A DNA stretch of 64,000 bases from Octopus vulgaris (lineage: Eukaryota), in the NCBI GenBank assembly GCA_951406725.2, contig OX597824.1, positions 60,202,001-60,266,000 of the forward strand. The letters run 5' to 3'. This document shows, piece after piece, positions 40,186 to 53,340 of this stretch (the stretch's first letter is position 1; each line of letters starts with the position of its first letter). The notes under the pieces are model-generated. The model was not told the DNA's origin, did no database searches, and saw only the letters and a program-made list of their open reading frames with translations. Both the position numbers and the translations under genes were made by a program.

Positions 40186-40273
40186 AAAACAGCAACAGGA
40201 TTACTTGAAGGAGCTTCAAGATATTTACCATCGTTTGAAGAATCGACCTCTACTGTTTGAACAAGTTGAAACA
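40186..40273 (+). CDS. FAM161A: Internal coding exon of FAM161A-like gene (88 nt)
   Basis: Acceptor ttgtgtag and donor gtaagt. Encodes KQQQDYLKELQDIYHRLKNRPLLFEQVET, matching the recalled FAM161/UPF0564 motif 'Y.RELEE..EKLKKRPLLFERV.Q'. A versus B paralog cannot be resolved. Confidence 0.85.
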
Positions 40274-40966
40274 GTAAGTACCAACATTATCCTGATCATC
40301 ATCATTGATGTCATCAGAGTAATCATCAGCTTTGACATTGCCATCATGTACTTATTGTTATTGACATCATCATTGTTGTCATCACTGCTATTATCATTAT
40401 TATAGTATAATTAGGTGTTATTTTTAGTGCTAATTATTTTGGTCAGGAAGTGGGACTCCAGCTAAAGAAAGAGAGAGAGAGAGAGGACTACACCAGTACT
40501 TGCCTGGTGCTCACTACAGCTGGAAAGACTGGAAAAGCATGATCAAAAACACAATGCATTTTCCTGTCTAGGAACCAACCCTGAAGCTTTATGATAATGA
40601 GTTTTACATCCTCACCACTACATTATGTACCTTCACTAGTCATATGTATAGCTGATTAAAATGTTAAAAAAAAAGCTATCATTAAGTGTTAATGATTGAG
40701 CTCTTTATTTTTGACCATATTACTGGCATCTGTGTTATGCTTTTTCATTAAAGTCTACTTCTACTTCAACTCTCTTGAATTCAGTAGAAAAATCAATTCC
40801 TCTAGTGGCATAGAAACATATTTGAGACTGTTTGCCATATCAATAACTGTATCGAGATGTTAACAATATTTATATCTATTTTTCAATTTTAGACAATAGT
40901 GTAAAAATATAGGTTTTGAACACATCAACTTCAATAATAACAGTATTAATAATGATGATGATGATT

Positions 40967-40998
<32 letters not shown>

Positions 40999-41054
40999 GG
41001 TGGTTGTTTTTGTTGTTGTTGTTCTCGTATATTGCCATTGGCAATATTGTGAAT

Positions 41055-41372
41055 GTATGTGACTTAGTGGTTAGGGCATTTGGTTCACAATCATAAGGTC
41101 ATGTGTTTGATTCCCGGTGGTGCATCGTGTCCTTGAGCAAGACATGTTAATTCATGTTGCTCCAATCAGCTCAGCTGGCAAGAATGAGTAGTACTAATAA
41201 TTCAAAGAACCAGCCTTGTCACATTCTGTGTCACTTTGAATCTCCTTGACAACAATGTTAAGTGTACATGTGTCTGTGGAGTGCTCAGCCCTTGCACATT
41301 AATTTCACCAGTAGGCCATTCGATTGATTGGATCGGCTGGAACATTTGTTGTCATAACTGATGGTGTGCCAG
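41055..41372 (+). mobile_element. tRNA-derived SINE (family C); relatives at ~3740-4090 and ~44576-44760
   Basis: gtgacttagtgg A box, tgtttgattcc B box, ccttgagcaag core-like motif. Confidence 0.65.
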
Positions 41373-41406
41373 AGAATATGGCCATATGGGTGACGCATGA
41401 GAAGAC

Positions 41407-41447
<41 letters not shown>

Positions 41448-41448
<1 letters not shown>

Positions 41449-41990
41449 TGGCTTCTGATCTTAACTGATTGGAAGTGTTATCATGTACATTGTTTTGTCT
41501 TGGTATAAAAAGATGGGCTACAGCAAATATTCTGCTCAATACCACAGATTTGCTTGTCAGTTGTTTGACCTTAACCAGTTGAGCATGTCCCTTAGTGGCT
41601 GACGATGTGTGCATCGCTGATCACGAGCAGAAGTAGTGGGAGAGCATCATAGCCATGTGTTGACAGGGATTCTTTGGGGTTTGAATAATTCACCTCTGGA
41701 AACATGGGTGTTTTGTTCAAAATCCTTAAACAACCCTTATTCAGGGACCTTTCGAGTGGGATGGGTTACTTGATCTGAAGAAAATTCTAACTGGGCCCCA
41801 CCTGCAAGGTCATGTACTGTTTATTTTGATATGAGATCACCATGTCGCGCACATATGGTTGTGATGCATGTGCCTAGTGTACCCTTATCAGACGGGTAGT
41901 CATGATGGGTATACTGGGCTTCGTATATTTTACCCCAGTGTCACTTTGATGGCATGCACTGCTCTCTCACTCAATAATAATAATAATAAT
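41448..41990 (+). mobile_element. 5'-truncated retroposon 3' end in an (AAT)n tract
   Basis: Higher-GC non-coding block that starts abruptly after (AAT)n and ends gctctctcactc-(AAT)n. Confidence 0.55.
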
Positions 41991-42004
41991 AATTTATTAT
42001 AATA

Positions 42005-42575
42005 ATAATTCTTTCTATTATAGATACAAGGCCTGAAATTTTTGAGGAGGGGTATAGTCAATTACATTGACCCCCAAGTACTTGACTGGTACTTATTTTA
42101 TTGACCCCAAAAGGATGAAGGGCAAAGTTGGCCTCAACCATTATAATAATAATTTTTTCAAATTTTGGTACAAGGCCAGTAATTTTAGGAGAGGGAAGTT
42201 GTTGATTACATTAACCCCAGTGCTTGGCTGGTATTTATCTTATATAGCATGGAAGAATGAAAGGCAAAGCTAACCTCTGCGGAATTTGAACTTAGTACAT
42301 AAAAGCCAGAAGGAACACCATTTTGTCCAGTGTGCTAATGATTCTACCAGCTTATCATAATAAAAATAATGATAATGATACTTTCGACCATAGGTACAAT
42401 GCCTGAAATTTTGGAGGATAAGTATAGTTGATTACATTGACCCCAGTATTCAACTGGTGCTTATTTATCGACCCCAAAAGGATGAAAGGTAAAGATGACC
42501 TCAGCATACAGATGGATGAAATGCCACTAAGCAATTTTTCCAGTATGCTAACGATTCTGCCAGCTTGCTGCCTTA
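42005..42575 (-). mobile_element. Cluster of ~220-bp tRNA-derived SINEs (family D) with (ATT)n tails
   Basis: Minus-strand consensus ggcgagctggcagaatcgttagca..gagttcaaattcc..tttcatcctttcggggtcgataaa..taagtaccag. Other copies at ~990-1200 (+), 13150-13420, 44985-45850, 48810-49517 and 50830-51040. Confidence 0.8.
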
Positions 42576-43526
42576 ATAATAATAATGATAGTGATAATAA
42601 TAAGAATAACAACAACAAAACGATGATAATAATAATATTAATAATAATGATTTCTTTTATCCTTTTATCTAATTAGAATTTTTCTTTAAACATAATGGTA
42701 ATAAAATTATTGTTAATGATAATAATACTACTAATATTGAAAATCTATTTTATTGGAACAATACTACTAAATATAATATTAATACATATGTAAATGAGAT
42801 TAATATTTTTGTTTCTTTTCTCTCATCCCACCTCCTAATTCAAACTATTTCAATATTGATTTATCATTGCTCACATGCTGTAGCCTAATCAATGGCCGTT
42901 AGCGCATGCATGGGTGGATGGGCTGGTGTGGTGTGTGGAGGGGCAAAAAAATCTAAAGAAATTTGTTTTAACTGAAATCAGTAGGAAGATGAATATCGAT
43001 GACATTAGAGGGGAGTTGAATGTGGTGGTGGTGGTGATGTGGGGGAGGTAATCTGTAAAAAATAAATAAATAAATTTTGGAGAGAAATTAAATTTTGTGT
43101 TAGAATTAGGTCTGTATACTTCAACTGAATGAATAAATAATATGTATTAGATTTCTCTGAACTGTAGATGGCCACCCAAGCAGAAACCACAGCTGTTAAA
43201 CAAACTAGAACTTAGATTTTTCTTTTTATCTTTTGTTTCTTTTTTTCTTTGTTTCTTTTTATACTTTTATTCATTTTGTTACAAAGTTCTGGTTTTCAAG
43301 AGGTTCAAAAAAATGTTTTGCAGCAGACAACTTCACCGAGTTGTTGCTTTTGTTATTGTTCCTGTTTTTGTTATTAGTGTTATTATCATTGTTGTTGTTC
43401 CTGTTGTGGTAACTATTTTTGTTGTTGTCATTGTTGCTGCTGCTGTTACTTAACTCTAACTTTGTTTGGATTTAACTAACCTCTGACAAACAATGTTCCA
43501 ACAATGACTCTCCAGTCCTTTTGTAA

Positions 43527-43918
43527 CCCTTTAAAATGGAAGATAAGAAAGTTCATTTTCGGCACTTGATGTTTTGGGAACCAGACAAAAATTACTGCAG
43601 CTCGACTGGGATGTGTTACCCCACCCTCCATATTCACTAGATATTGCTCCTTCGGATTTCCACTTATTCAGGTCTCTGCAGAATAGTCTTAATGGTAAAA
43701 ATTTTAATTCTTTGGATGACATAAAAAGATTCCTTGATGAATTCTTTGCCATGAATCACCTCAATTCTGGCAAGAGGGTTTTTTCAAGTTAAAGGAAAGA
43801 TGGACATTCATTGTGCAACAAAATGGTTCATATTTGGTTGATTAAAAATGTAATGGCAAGTATTTATTGACCTTTTCTTTCCTTTAAAAATTGGCACAAA
43901 CTTTCTGGACAACCCAAT
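43527..43918 (+). mobile_element. Deleted mariner, same family as 1795-2339
   Basis: HPPYSLDIAPSDFHLFRSLQNSL; right TIR aactttctggacaacccaa-ta; a different internal deletion from the 1795 copy. Confidence 0.9.
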
Positions 43919-44234
43919 ACTTGTTTAATGCTCAAATTGGCCAAATCTGGTCTCTCACACATACCCTACAATGTCATATTAAAAGTAAACAATCACATCA
44001 ATGAAATCTCAAGGCTATGAGATAATGCATAATTAATTCAAAGCAACATGAATAAATAAGTATTACATTTGACAAAATAATCTGTATGCTAAGGGGTTAA
44101 AATAGTAGGCTGTGACTTGAGGGGAATTTAGTTGCTATTTTTAAAAGGTAGAGCACTAACAGAAGACAACCTCAGCTCATGAATGAGGTACCATAGACAG
44201 GTGACTGTTTTTAGCCTCCATTCATGGCCTGGTT

Positions 44235-44575
44235 CAGTGGCTCTCAACCAGAGTCCATTTGACCTCTTGAAGTCCATATAAGAGTTTTGGGTGTCCATGC
44301 TAAGCAAAATGATAAATTGGGGATCCACAGTAGTATTTTAGGGGTCCATATAGACATTTTGCTTTAGATGTATTTATTGCAAGAAACAGCTAAATTTCTT
44401 TCTCTAGCGCTTTACATACTTCAACCTACATAAGTGAATGTGTGAAAAGCAAAATAAGAATTTTGAAAGAAGTATCTATAAAACTAGTTTTTACACATCA
44501 AATGGCTATGAGGCTCCACCAGAGTAAAATAGTAGTCAAAGAGGTCCATAAGTAGAAAATGGTTGAGAACCTCTG
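44235..44575. mobile_element. hAT-type MITE with 8-bp TSD
   Basis: TIRs cagtggctctcaacc / ggttgagaacctctg; TSD gcctggtt / gcctagtt. Confidence 0.9.
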
Positions 44576-45849
44576 GCCTAGTTGGGCTCACAATCATAAG
44601 GCTGTGGTTTTGATTCCCAGTCTGGGTGGTGTGTTCTGTTCTGGAGTAAAACTTTTTATTTCATGTAGTTCATCTCCATTCAGCTGGAAATGTGTACCAG
44701 CAACAGCTTGGGATTTGGGTGGAGATTAACCCTATGATGAACTGGTATCCCATTTAGTGGGTGGGTATTGAATATGCCATAGAAATTGGGACAATTTCTC
44801 GTCTAAGTCCTATTTACAGCTGGGTAGACTGGGCAGAGACAGTTACAATTGATTTCTCAAGCCAATAAGGGAGTCTCTATATGGTCCCTTAAACTGCTAG
44901 AAATAGCATCCAAATTTCCTTCAGATCACATCTTAAAAAAACAACAAACACATTAAATGATTGTGGTCATGGCTAGAATGATACTGATTTCAAATTTTGG
45001 CACAGGGCCAGAAATTTTGGGGAAGTGGGTATGTCATTTACAACTGGTACTTATTTTATCGACCTCAAAAGGATGAAAGCAAAGTCAACCATGTTGGAAT
45101 TTGAAATGAGAATGTTAAGACAGACGAAATACTGTTAAGCATTTTGCCTAGCATGCTAACAATTCTATCTGCTTGCCACCTTATGGCTAAAATCATATTA
45201 ATTGTAGGTTTGTTATGTTGCTCTTTGAAAATTAGTGAAGAACATGGTTTTCTGTATACACCATTATGTAGGGTGCATTAATTTGATTTGTAGTATGTTA
45301 GTTATTTAGGGAGCTTGGTGAAAAACTGCAGTGTTTCGTAGGGAATCCTGTGGCTTTAGGCAATATGGCAACCACTTCTCCTCCTCCTCCTCTACTAAGC
45401 ACTTTGTCCAGTGTGTTGACGATTCTGCCAGCTGAGGCACAAGGCCTGAAATTTTGGTGGAAGTGAGTAGTCAATTAGATTGACTCTAGCACACTGCTGG
45501 TACTTATTTCATTGACCCTGAAAGGATGAAAGGCAAATTTGAACTCAGAATGTAAAGATGGATGAAAGGCTTCTAAGCATTTAGTCCAGCATGCAAGTGA
45601 TTCTGCCAGCTTGCCATTTTAGTAGTAGTAGTAGTAGTAAGTAATAGTAGTAATAATTTCAAATTTTGGCACAAAGCCAGCAATTTCAGGAAATGGTTAA
45701 GTTGGTTATATGCAGTGCTCAATTTATTTTATCAACCCTGAAGGATGTAAAGCAATGTTGACCTTGGCGGAATTTGAATTCAAATATAAAGATGGATCAA
45801 AAGCTGCTATGCATTTTGTCCAACATTTTAATGATTCTATCAGCTCACC

Positions 45850-46200
45850 ACTTAGAAGACCTGATTTTGTAGTAGTAGATAAAAAAAATAGAAAGTACCA
45901 GATAATTGATTTTATAGTCCCAAATGATGAGAAAGTCAATATGAGAGGTAGAGAGAAAATAGTTCCAGGACCTAGATATTGAATTACAGAGGCTATGGAA
46001 AGTGTGGGTAAAATGTATCCTTGTAGCTATAGGTGCATTAGGAACTATCCCTAAAGATGTGAACAGACGGAGAGAGGAAATGGACATAAAATTTAGTATA
46101 ATGCACCTCCAGAAAACAGAATTACTAGGGACTGCTAGAATACTTAGGAAGATTCTTGGCATCTAAGGTTACTTGTTGTATCCCAATGTTAGGAATTCTT
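45850..46200 (+). mobile_element. 3' fragment of an RLE-type (R4/Dong-like) LINE
   Basis: RRPDFVVVDKKNRKYQIIDFIVP (PD-D/E-K nuclease), then GALGTIPK..LQKTELLGTARILRK. Confidence 0.8.
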
Positions 46201-46283
46201 CTTTGTCGTTGTGCAAATATAAAATAACAATAACAATTTTCAATGTAACTTATGAATTTTGCTATTTTCTTCTCCCTTTTCAG

Positions 46284-46700
46284 AAAAATGCTAAGAATAA
46301 AGCTGAAGAGAAGTTTTACAAGACATTAAAAGAGTATGGTATAGATAAGAATGACATTGATGTGGATCGGAAAAGGAGAACCAAGTACAGGACATTATCA
46401 CCTGACTTAGAAGACAAAGGTTTCCGTTCTGAAGGGGACACAACAAAATATAGCAGATGTCCTGCACATGGTAATTCTGTTGCACAATATGAAGACTTCC
46501 TGAAGCATCACTGTGAACATGACAATGCGAATAGATATTTGGAAGATGGACATCATAGTGATTGTTGTCACCGACATCTATCTGATTCCAGTTCTCAAGG
46601 TACTGTTTCAAAAAAGAACAATGAGAGAGCATGTAGGTGGTCAAATGATATGCTAGAAACAGCACCTAAATCTTTATCAAATCACACCGTATCATCCTAA
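46284..46700 (+). CDS. FAM161A: Probable terminal coding exon of FAM161A-like gene
   Basis: Strong polypyrimidine acceptor ttttcttctcccttttcag. Begins KNAKNKAEEKFYKTLKEYGID, matching the recalled FAM161A 'KNARMAAEKHYSNTLKALGIS', in phase 0 after the 40273 donor. Open to TAA at 46700. The 3' end is less certain because of possible donors near 46600 and 46633. Confidence 0.8.
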   Translation, partial: KNAKNKAEEKFYKTLKEYGIDKNDIDVDRKRRTKYRTLSPDLEDKGFRSEGDTTKYSRCPAHGNSVAQYEDFLKHHCEHDNANRYLEDGHHSDCCHRHLSDSSSQGTVSKKNNERACRWSNDMLETAPKSLSNHTVSS

Positions 46701-47043
46701 AAAGAGGGAAGGAGACATTAGATAATGTAGTTTATCTTTTAGCTTTTAATTGTTTTTAAGCCATTGGACTACAACCATTTGGGGCACTGTCTTGAAAGGG
46801 TTTTTTGTGAAACAAATCAACACCAGTACTTATGAAGTCTGGTACTTATTCTATTGGTCTCTTTTGTTGAAACACTAAGTTATTGCGACGTAAACAATCA
46901 AGCATCAGTTGTCAAGTGATGGTGATAGACAAACTCAGACACAAAGACACAAACATACACCTACATATGCATGTATGTATGTGTATATATATGTGTGTGT
47001 GTGTGTGTATATACACACACACACACACATATGTATATATATG

Positions 47044-48088
47044 TGAGGTGTAGTCAAAAAATATCCAACCTTTAGCCAAAAAGCAAGTTATATTAAAAAA
47101 CTCACCATTTTGATTTAGTCTCTTTCAAAGTATTCACCTTGGGAGTCTACACAAATCTGCCAGTATTCCTGCCAGCGCTGGAAACATTTCTGGAAAACAC
47201 TTTTTGGGATGCAGTAGAGCTGTACCATCAAATTTTGCTTAATGTCCCCTGTTGACTCAAATCTTTTCCCTTTGAGTATTTCTTTCTGAGCTTTGGATAT
47301 AGCCAAGTCACAAGGAGCCAAGTCTGGGGAGGAGGAAGCCTAATGAACAAGTGCTATGTTTTGCTTGATGAAGAATGCTTAGATGACATGGGAGGAATGA
47401 GCGGGTGTGTTGTCATGGTGGAGTTGTCAGTTCTTTGCTGCCCACAGATCGGATTGTTTTCACCGCACAGCTTCACGAAAGTAGTATTCTTTGTTAATTA
47501 TCTGACCTTGTGGTGCATATTCATAATGCACAATATCTCTGTGGTTAAAAAAACAGGTCATTATCAGTTTATCAGCATTATCAGCAAATTCTGTAGCACC
47601 AGCTTTTGTTACCTTCAACTGTTCTTTCAGTTCATGACATGCATTCAGTCATGACTGCTTTTTTCATTTGCAATTCCTCACTCAGAATTCATTGGCAGGA
47701 GCTCCAGGATACACCAGTCATATCAACAAGTCCATCAATTGTTTAGGAATGGTCCTCCAAGATCAGTTTATGGACTTTTGCAATGATTTCATTTATCTGA
47801 GAGGTCAACAGCTTCCCTGAATGAAGTTGGTCCTCAAGCGACAAGTGACCATTTCTAAAGCATGAAAACCACTTGTAAACTTGTGTTTTGCACATGGCAG
47901 CAGCCTTGTAAGCAGTCTAATGTATGACAGCAGAAAACAGAGTTTCATGGAAGCACGCTGTTCCTTTGTTCCAGCCATTCCAAAAATTGGTGAATAGGGG
48001 AGAAACACTGCAAGACAAAGATGCACCATGTGGCAATATGACCTCACTGGACAATGCTGGTTGGCAGATTGATGGCTGAGGGCCACAT

Positions 48089-48090
<2 letters not shown>
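47044..48090 (-). mobile_element. Degenerate mariner transposon (third family)
   Basis: EQRASMKLCF N-terminus; PDLAPCD..ILKGKRF..CFQRWQ..CVDSQGEYFE C-terminus; end tgaggtgtagtcaaaaaatatcc. Confidence 0.8.
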
Positions 48091-48123
<33 letters not shown>

Positions 48124-48157
48124 GTGTATGTGTATGTGTGTGTATGTGTGTATATAC

Positions 48158-48190
<33 letters not shown>

Positions 48191-48515
48191 AATATTCCAT
48201 AATTATAAACATAATTATAATCAGGGATCAGCTAATTGCTTCGCCACACACCAAATTTAGAAATAGGAGTTTAAATGCCTTTTCTACTACCATAATTGAT
48301 TATTTAATTAATTTTACCCTTTTATTATATATATATATATATATATACAAAATGAGAAAATGGAGAAACATACCTAAATCAATCATCAACCATTAGATAA
48401 TACCCAATCAATACTTTATTAAACCATTACATAACAGCAATGACATTATACATAATATATTGCAAATATAAGCCTTGTGAGTGGATTTGGCAGACAGAAA
48501 CTGAAAGTAGCCTGT

Positions 48516-48553
<38 letters not shown>

Positions 48554-49524
48554 ACAGGCTACTTTCAGTTTCTGTCTGCCAAATCCACTCACAAGGCTTT
48601 GGTTGGACTGAGGCAATATTAGAAGAACCCAGAACCATGTGGTTGGAAAGTAAACTCCTTATCATACAACTATATATATATATATATTCATATGTAATGG
48701 ATAAGGTGATACCCATAGCTGGAATGGCTTTGACTAGTGGGCAATTAAGGACAAGTGGACTGAACAACAACTGATTTCTTAATTTAATAATAATAATGAT
48801 AATAATAATAATCCTTTCTACTTTAGGTGCAAGACCTGAAATTTTTAGAGGGGTGGGAGCTAGTTGATTACAGTGACCCCTGTACACATTTGGTACTTAT
48901 TTCATCAACCCCAAAAGAATGAAAGGCAAAGTAAACCTCAGTGGAATTTGAACTCAGAATGTAAAGACAGACAAATGCCACTAAGTATTTTGCCTGGTGT
49001 GCTAGCAATTGTGCCAGCACACTGCCTTAATAATAATGATGATGATGATGGTGGACTCTCTGAAGTGTTCAGCCTGCACAAATGATTTATTTATAGTGAT
49101 GAAATGTTTGTGCTGTACATTATCACACTCTTTCCATCAACTAAGTGTTACCTGAACAGGTGCACAGTGTACCACATGTTAGGTGTTGAAGTAATTACAG
49201 AGCAATGTGAGAAGAAGTGTTTTGTTCAAGAACACAAATCACCACTCAGTCTATGAATTGAAACCATGATCTTGCAATTGTGAGTGCAACAACCTAACTA
49301 CTTGGCCATATGTCCTCTTATAATAATCCTTTCTACTATAGGCACAATACTTGAAATTTGGTGGTAGGGGGTAGGTCAATTACATTGACCCCAGTGCTCA
49401 GCTGGTACTTATTTTATCGACACTGAAAGGTGGAATTCAAACTCAGAATGTGAAGACAGACAAAATACCACTGAACATTTTTCCTGGTGTGTTAACAATT
49501 CTGCCAGCTCACTGCTTAATAATG

Positions 49525-49567
<43 letters not shown>

Positions 49568-49570
<3 letters not shown>

Positions 49571-50755
49571 CACCCTAAGTTGTTTTCCTCTCCTTCGATA
49601 CAGTCCTGGCATCTGATCAAGCCTCTTCCACCCTTCCTTCTGGACAAGTACAGCCTATCGGTGTCACTTTCAGGGTGGAAGGCTTTTTGTACTATCAGTC
49701 CAGAAGAAAGGGTGGGAGAGGCTTGATCAGTTGCCAGGACTGTATCGAAGCAGAGGAAAACAGCTTGGGGTGGTATATACAAAATGCCGTAGAGCATTTG
49801 TTGAAAGATATGAAGAAATCTGGCATCATCAAAACTGAGAATTGGGTAATGAAAGAAAAATTTTAAGAAATGAACACAAAAAAAAGGAACTGCATGGAAA
49901 GAGGAAACAATATACAATCAGTTCGCAAGAGATGTGAATGCTAAGACAGATACAGACAACCAGTGACTATGGATGAGGAGTGACCTGAAGATAGTGACAA
50001 AAGCTCTTGTATGTGCAGCTCAAGAACAAGCATTAAGGACCAACTATGTGAGGTGTAGAATTGACAACACTACCGACAGTGACAAATGCAGAATGTATGA
50101 TGAGAGGGGTGAAATGGTATGGCACATTGTTTAGTGAATGTCCGAAATTTGCACAATGCTAATACAAAAGACACCATGACAAGGTGGCAAGAATGATCCA
50201 TTGGGAGCTCTGTGGAAATCACGGCCTACAAAGAGCAAAGATGTGGTATGAGCAAACCGCAGAAGGAGTCACTGAGAATGAGAATTGTAAAATCCTGTGG
50301 GATACAATGATTCAGTGCAATAACTCGACCAGACATCAGAAACCAGACATTATGATAGTGAATAAAAAAGAAAGAACATGCATGATAGTTGACATAGCAT
50401 GCCCCAGTGACAACAGGATCAATGAGAAAGAAGAAGAAAAAAATAAACAATTATGATGATTTGAAAATGGGAAATATGAAGGTTGTAGTCAATGAGGAGA
50501 GTGGACGTGATACCAATAGTGACTAGCACTCTTGGAAGTATCAGCACTCAACTACCAACATGGTTGAAAAAGATTGGTGCAAGTATAAAGGTAGAATACC
50601 TACAGAAATCAGCATTGCTTGGAACTGCAAGAATTCTTTGTGGGTTTCTTGAAGCATACCCAGTAAACAAATGTCACTTTAGTCTGCTGGCTGTGGACAG
50701 CTGATACTTTCCATTATACCCAGCAAAATAAGCTGTGAGTTTTCATTACATAATG

Positions 50756-50760
<5 letters not shown>
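49568..50760 (+). mobile_element. 5'-inverted, truncated R4/Dong-like LINE in (AAT)n
   Basis: RKGGRGL, AAQEQAL, CRM..E...HIV.EC zinc knuckle, RHDKVARMIHWELC, KPDI..DIACP, QKSALLGTARIL, (AAT)n tail. Confidence 0.9.
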
Positions 50761-50786
<26 letters not shown>

Positions 50787-51371
50787 TAATAATAATAATT
50801 ATAATTAATAATAATAATGATAATATTTTTTTTAATTTTGGCACAAAACCAACAATTTTCAGGGACAGATGCAAGTTGATTCTGTTGACTTCAGTACTTG
50901 TCTAATTCTTTAGTTTATCAGTCCTCAAAGATGAAAAGCAAAGTTGACGTGATCAGGATTTGAGCACAAAATGTAAGGAGCCAAAAGAAATGCTACTAAG
51001 CATTTTCTCTGATATGTTGATTCTGCCAGCTCACTGCTTTAGTAGTAGTAGTAACGACAACAATAATAATAGATACAAGGATAAAGATCCTTCCTGAGTC
51101 ATATAGACTCATAGGGCTGGTTTTCAGGTTTTGATGGTGCATATATACCTCCCTGGAGAGGATGCTGGTCCCTTGCAGGATTGCTCATTTTTGCTAGCTG
51201 AGTGGACTGAACAATGTGGAAAGAAGGTTTTTTTGCTTAAGAACAATGTATTGTCTGGTCCATGAATCAAAACTACAACCTTACTATCATGAGTCCAGCA
51301 CCCTAACCACTAAGCCACATGCCTCTACAATAATAATAATAACCAAATAACAACAACAACAACAATAATAA

Positions 51372-52585
51372 TACCAAGAAGACTAAGATTGATGTTGTGC
51401 TCAAAAATGACTGGATGGAATAAAATGCAAGCATGGGTGATAGCATCACTTTCATAAGGAGCTGGAATCATAAAATGGCAAAAGAAAGAACTGATAAACA
51501 TGGATATGAAGTGAAGAAAAATGTTGACAGTGCACAGAACCTTCTACCCTAAGAGTGACACTGATAGGCTGCACTTGGCCAGAAAAAGTGTGGGAGAGGT
51601 TTGATCAGTTACCAGGATTATATCAAAGCAGAGGAAAACAGCTTAGGGTGATATGTAAAAAATACCTTGAAACTGTTGCTGAAACATATGAAGAAGGCTG
51701 GTGTCATTAAAACTTATAATTGTGTAAAGAAAGAAAAACTTAAAGAGGAAAAGAACACATAAAAAGAAACAGCAGGGAAGGAAAAAAAGATGTATGGTCA
51801 GTTTGCAAGAGATATGAACACCAAGACAGATACAGAAGTCCAGTGGTTATGGATGAGGAGGAGTGACCTGAAGATAGAGACAGAAGCACTTATATGCACA
51901 GCACAAGAACAAGTGTTAAGGGCTAACAATGTAAAGTGCAGAATTGACAACGCTACTGACAGAGACAAATGCAGAATGTGTGGTGAAAGGGATGAAACTC
52001 TATGGCCCATTGTTAGTGAATGGTTGAAATTAACACAATGTGAATACAAAAGACAACATGACAAGGTAGCATGAATGATCCATTGGGAGCTCTGTGGAAA
52101 TCACAGCTTACAAAGAGCAAAGATGTGGTATGAGAAAACCCACAGAGAAAGAAAATTGCAAAATCTTGTGGGATGCAATGATTCAGTGCAATAACCCGAC
52201 CAGACATTGTTGCAGGGGAAAAAAAAGAAAGAACATGCATGATAATTGACATAGCATGTCCTGGTAACAACAAGATCAATGATAAAGAACAAGAAAAACT
52301 GAACAACTATGACAATTTGAATTGGTCAATGAGGAGAGCAGATGTGGACCAATAGTAACTGGCACACTTAGAAGTATCAGCATTCAACTAACAACATGGC
52401 TCAAAAAGACTGGTTCAAATGTAAAGGTAGAACATCTACAAAAATCAACATTGCTTGGAACTGCAAGAATTGTTTACAGGGTCTTGAAGCATGACCAGTA
52501 AACAAGTGTCACCTTAGTCTGCTGCCTGTGGACAGCTGACACCTTTCCATCATATCCAGCAAAATAAGCTGTGAGTTTTCATCAA

Positions 52586-52590
<5 letters not shown>
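51372..52590 (+). mobile_element. Second truncated copy of the same R4/Dong-like LINE
   Basis: MYGQFARD..ETEALICTAQEQVL..CRMCGERDET; same 3' UTR ending gctgtgagttttcat-(AAT)n. Confidence 0.9.
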
Positions 52591-52627
<37 letters not shown>

Positions 52628-52629
52628 GT

Positions 52630-53340
52630 AATGGTTTCAAATTTTGACACAAGGCCAGCAGTATCGGGGGAGGGGTTAAGTACTCAACCAGTTCTTATTC
52701 TACCGACCCCAAAAGGCTGAAAGGCAAAGTGCACCTTGGTGGAATTTGAACTCAGAATGTGAAGATGGATGAAATGCTGCTAACCATTTCACCTGGCATG
52801 CTAATGATTCTGCTAGTTTGCCACCTTATTAATAATAATAGTAATAATCCTTTCTACTATAGGCACAAGGCCTGGAATTTTGGGGGAAGGGGGATAATCA
52901 ATTACATTGACTCCAGTGTGTAACTGGTACTTATATCATCAACCCCAAAAGGATGAAAGGTATAGTCTACCTTGGCAGAATTTGAACTCAGAATGTAAAG
53001 ATAGATGAATTGCTGCAAAGCATTTTTTGGTGTGCAAACGATTCTGCCAGCTCACCGCCTTAGTAATATTAATAATAATGATAATAATAATAACAATAAC
53101 AACAACAACAACAACAACAACAACAATCCTTTCCACTAAAAGCACAAGGCCTGGAATTTTGAGGGAGGGGACTAGTTGATTACTTCAACCCCATTGTTGA
53201 ACTGGTGCTTATTTTTTTAATCCCAAAAGGATGAAAGGTAAAGTCAACCCTGGCAGAATTTGAACTCAGAATGACAAGATGGACAAAATGCTGCTAAACA
53301 TTTTGCCAGGCATGCCAACTATTCTGCCAGCAGCAAGCTG
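52630..53340 (-). mobile_element. Three tandem family-D SINEs separated by (AAT)n/(AAC)n
   Basis: Three ~200-220-bp units, each carrying ggaatttgaactcagaatg and ttctgc(c/t)ag. Confidence 0.85.

Noticed and set aside
46173-46283. N-terminal part of the 175-aa ORF
   Set aside because: Intronic: LINE tail plus polypyrimidine tract upstream of the acceptor at 46283.
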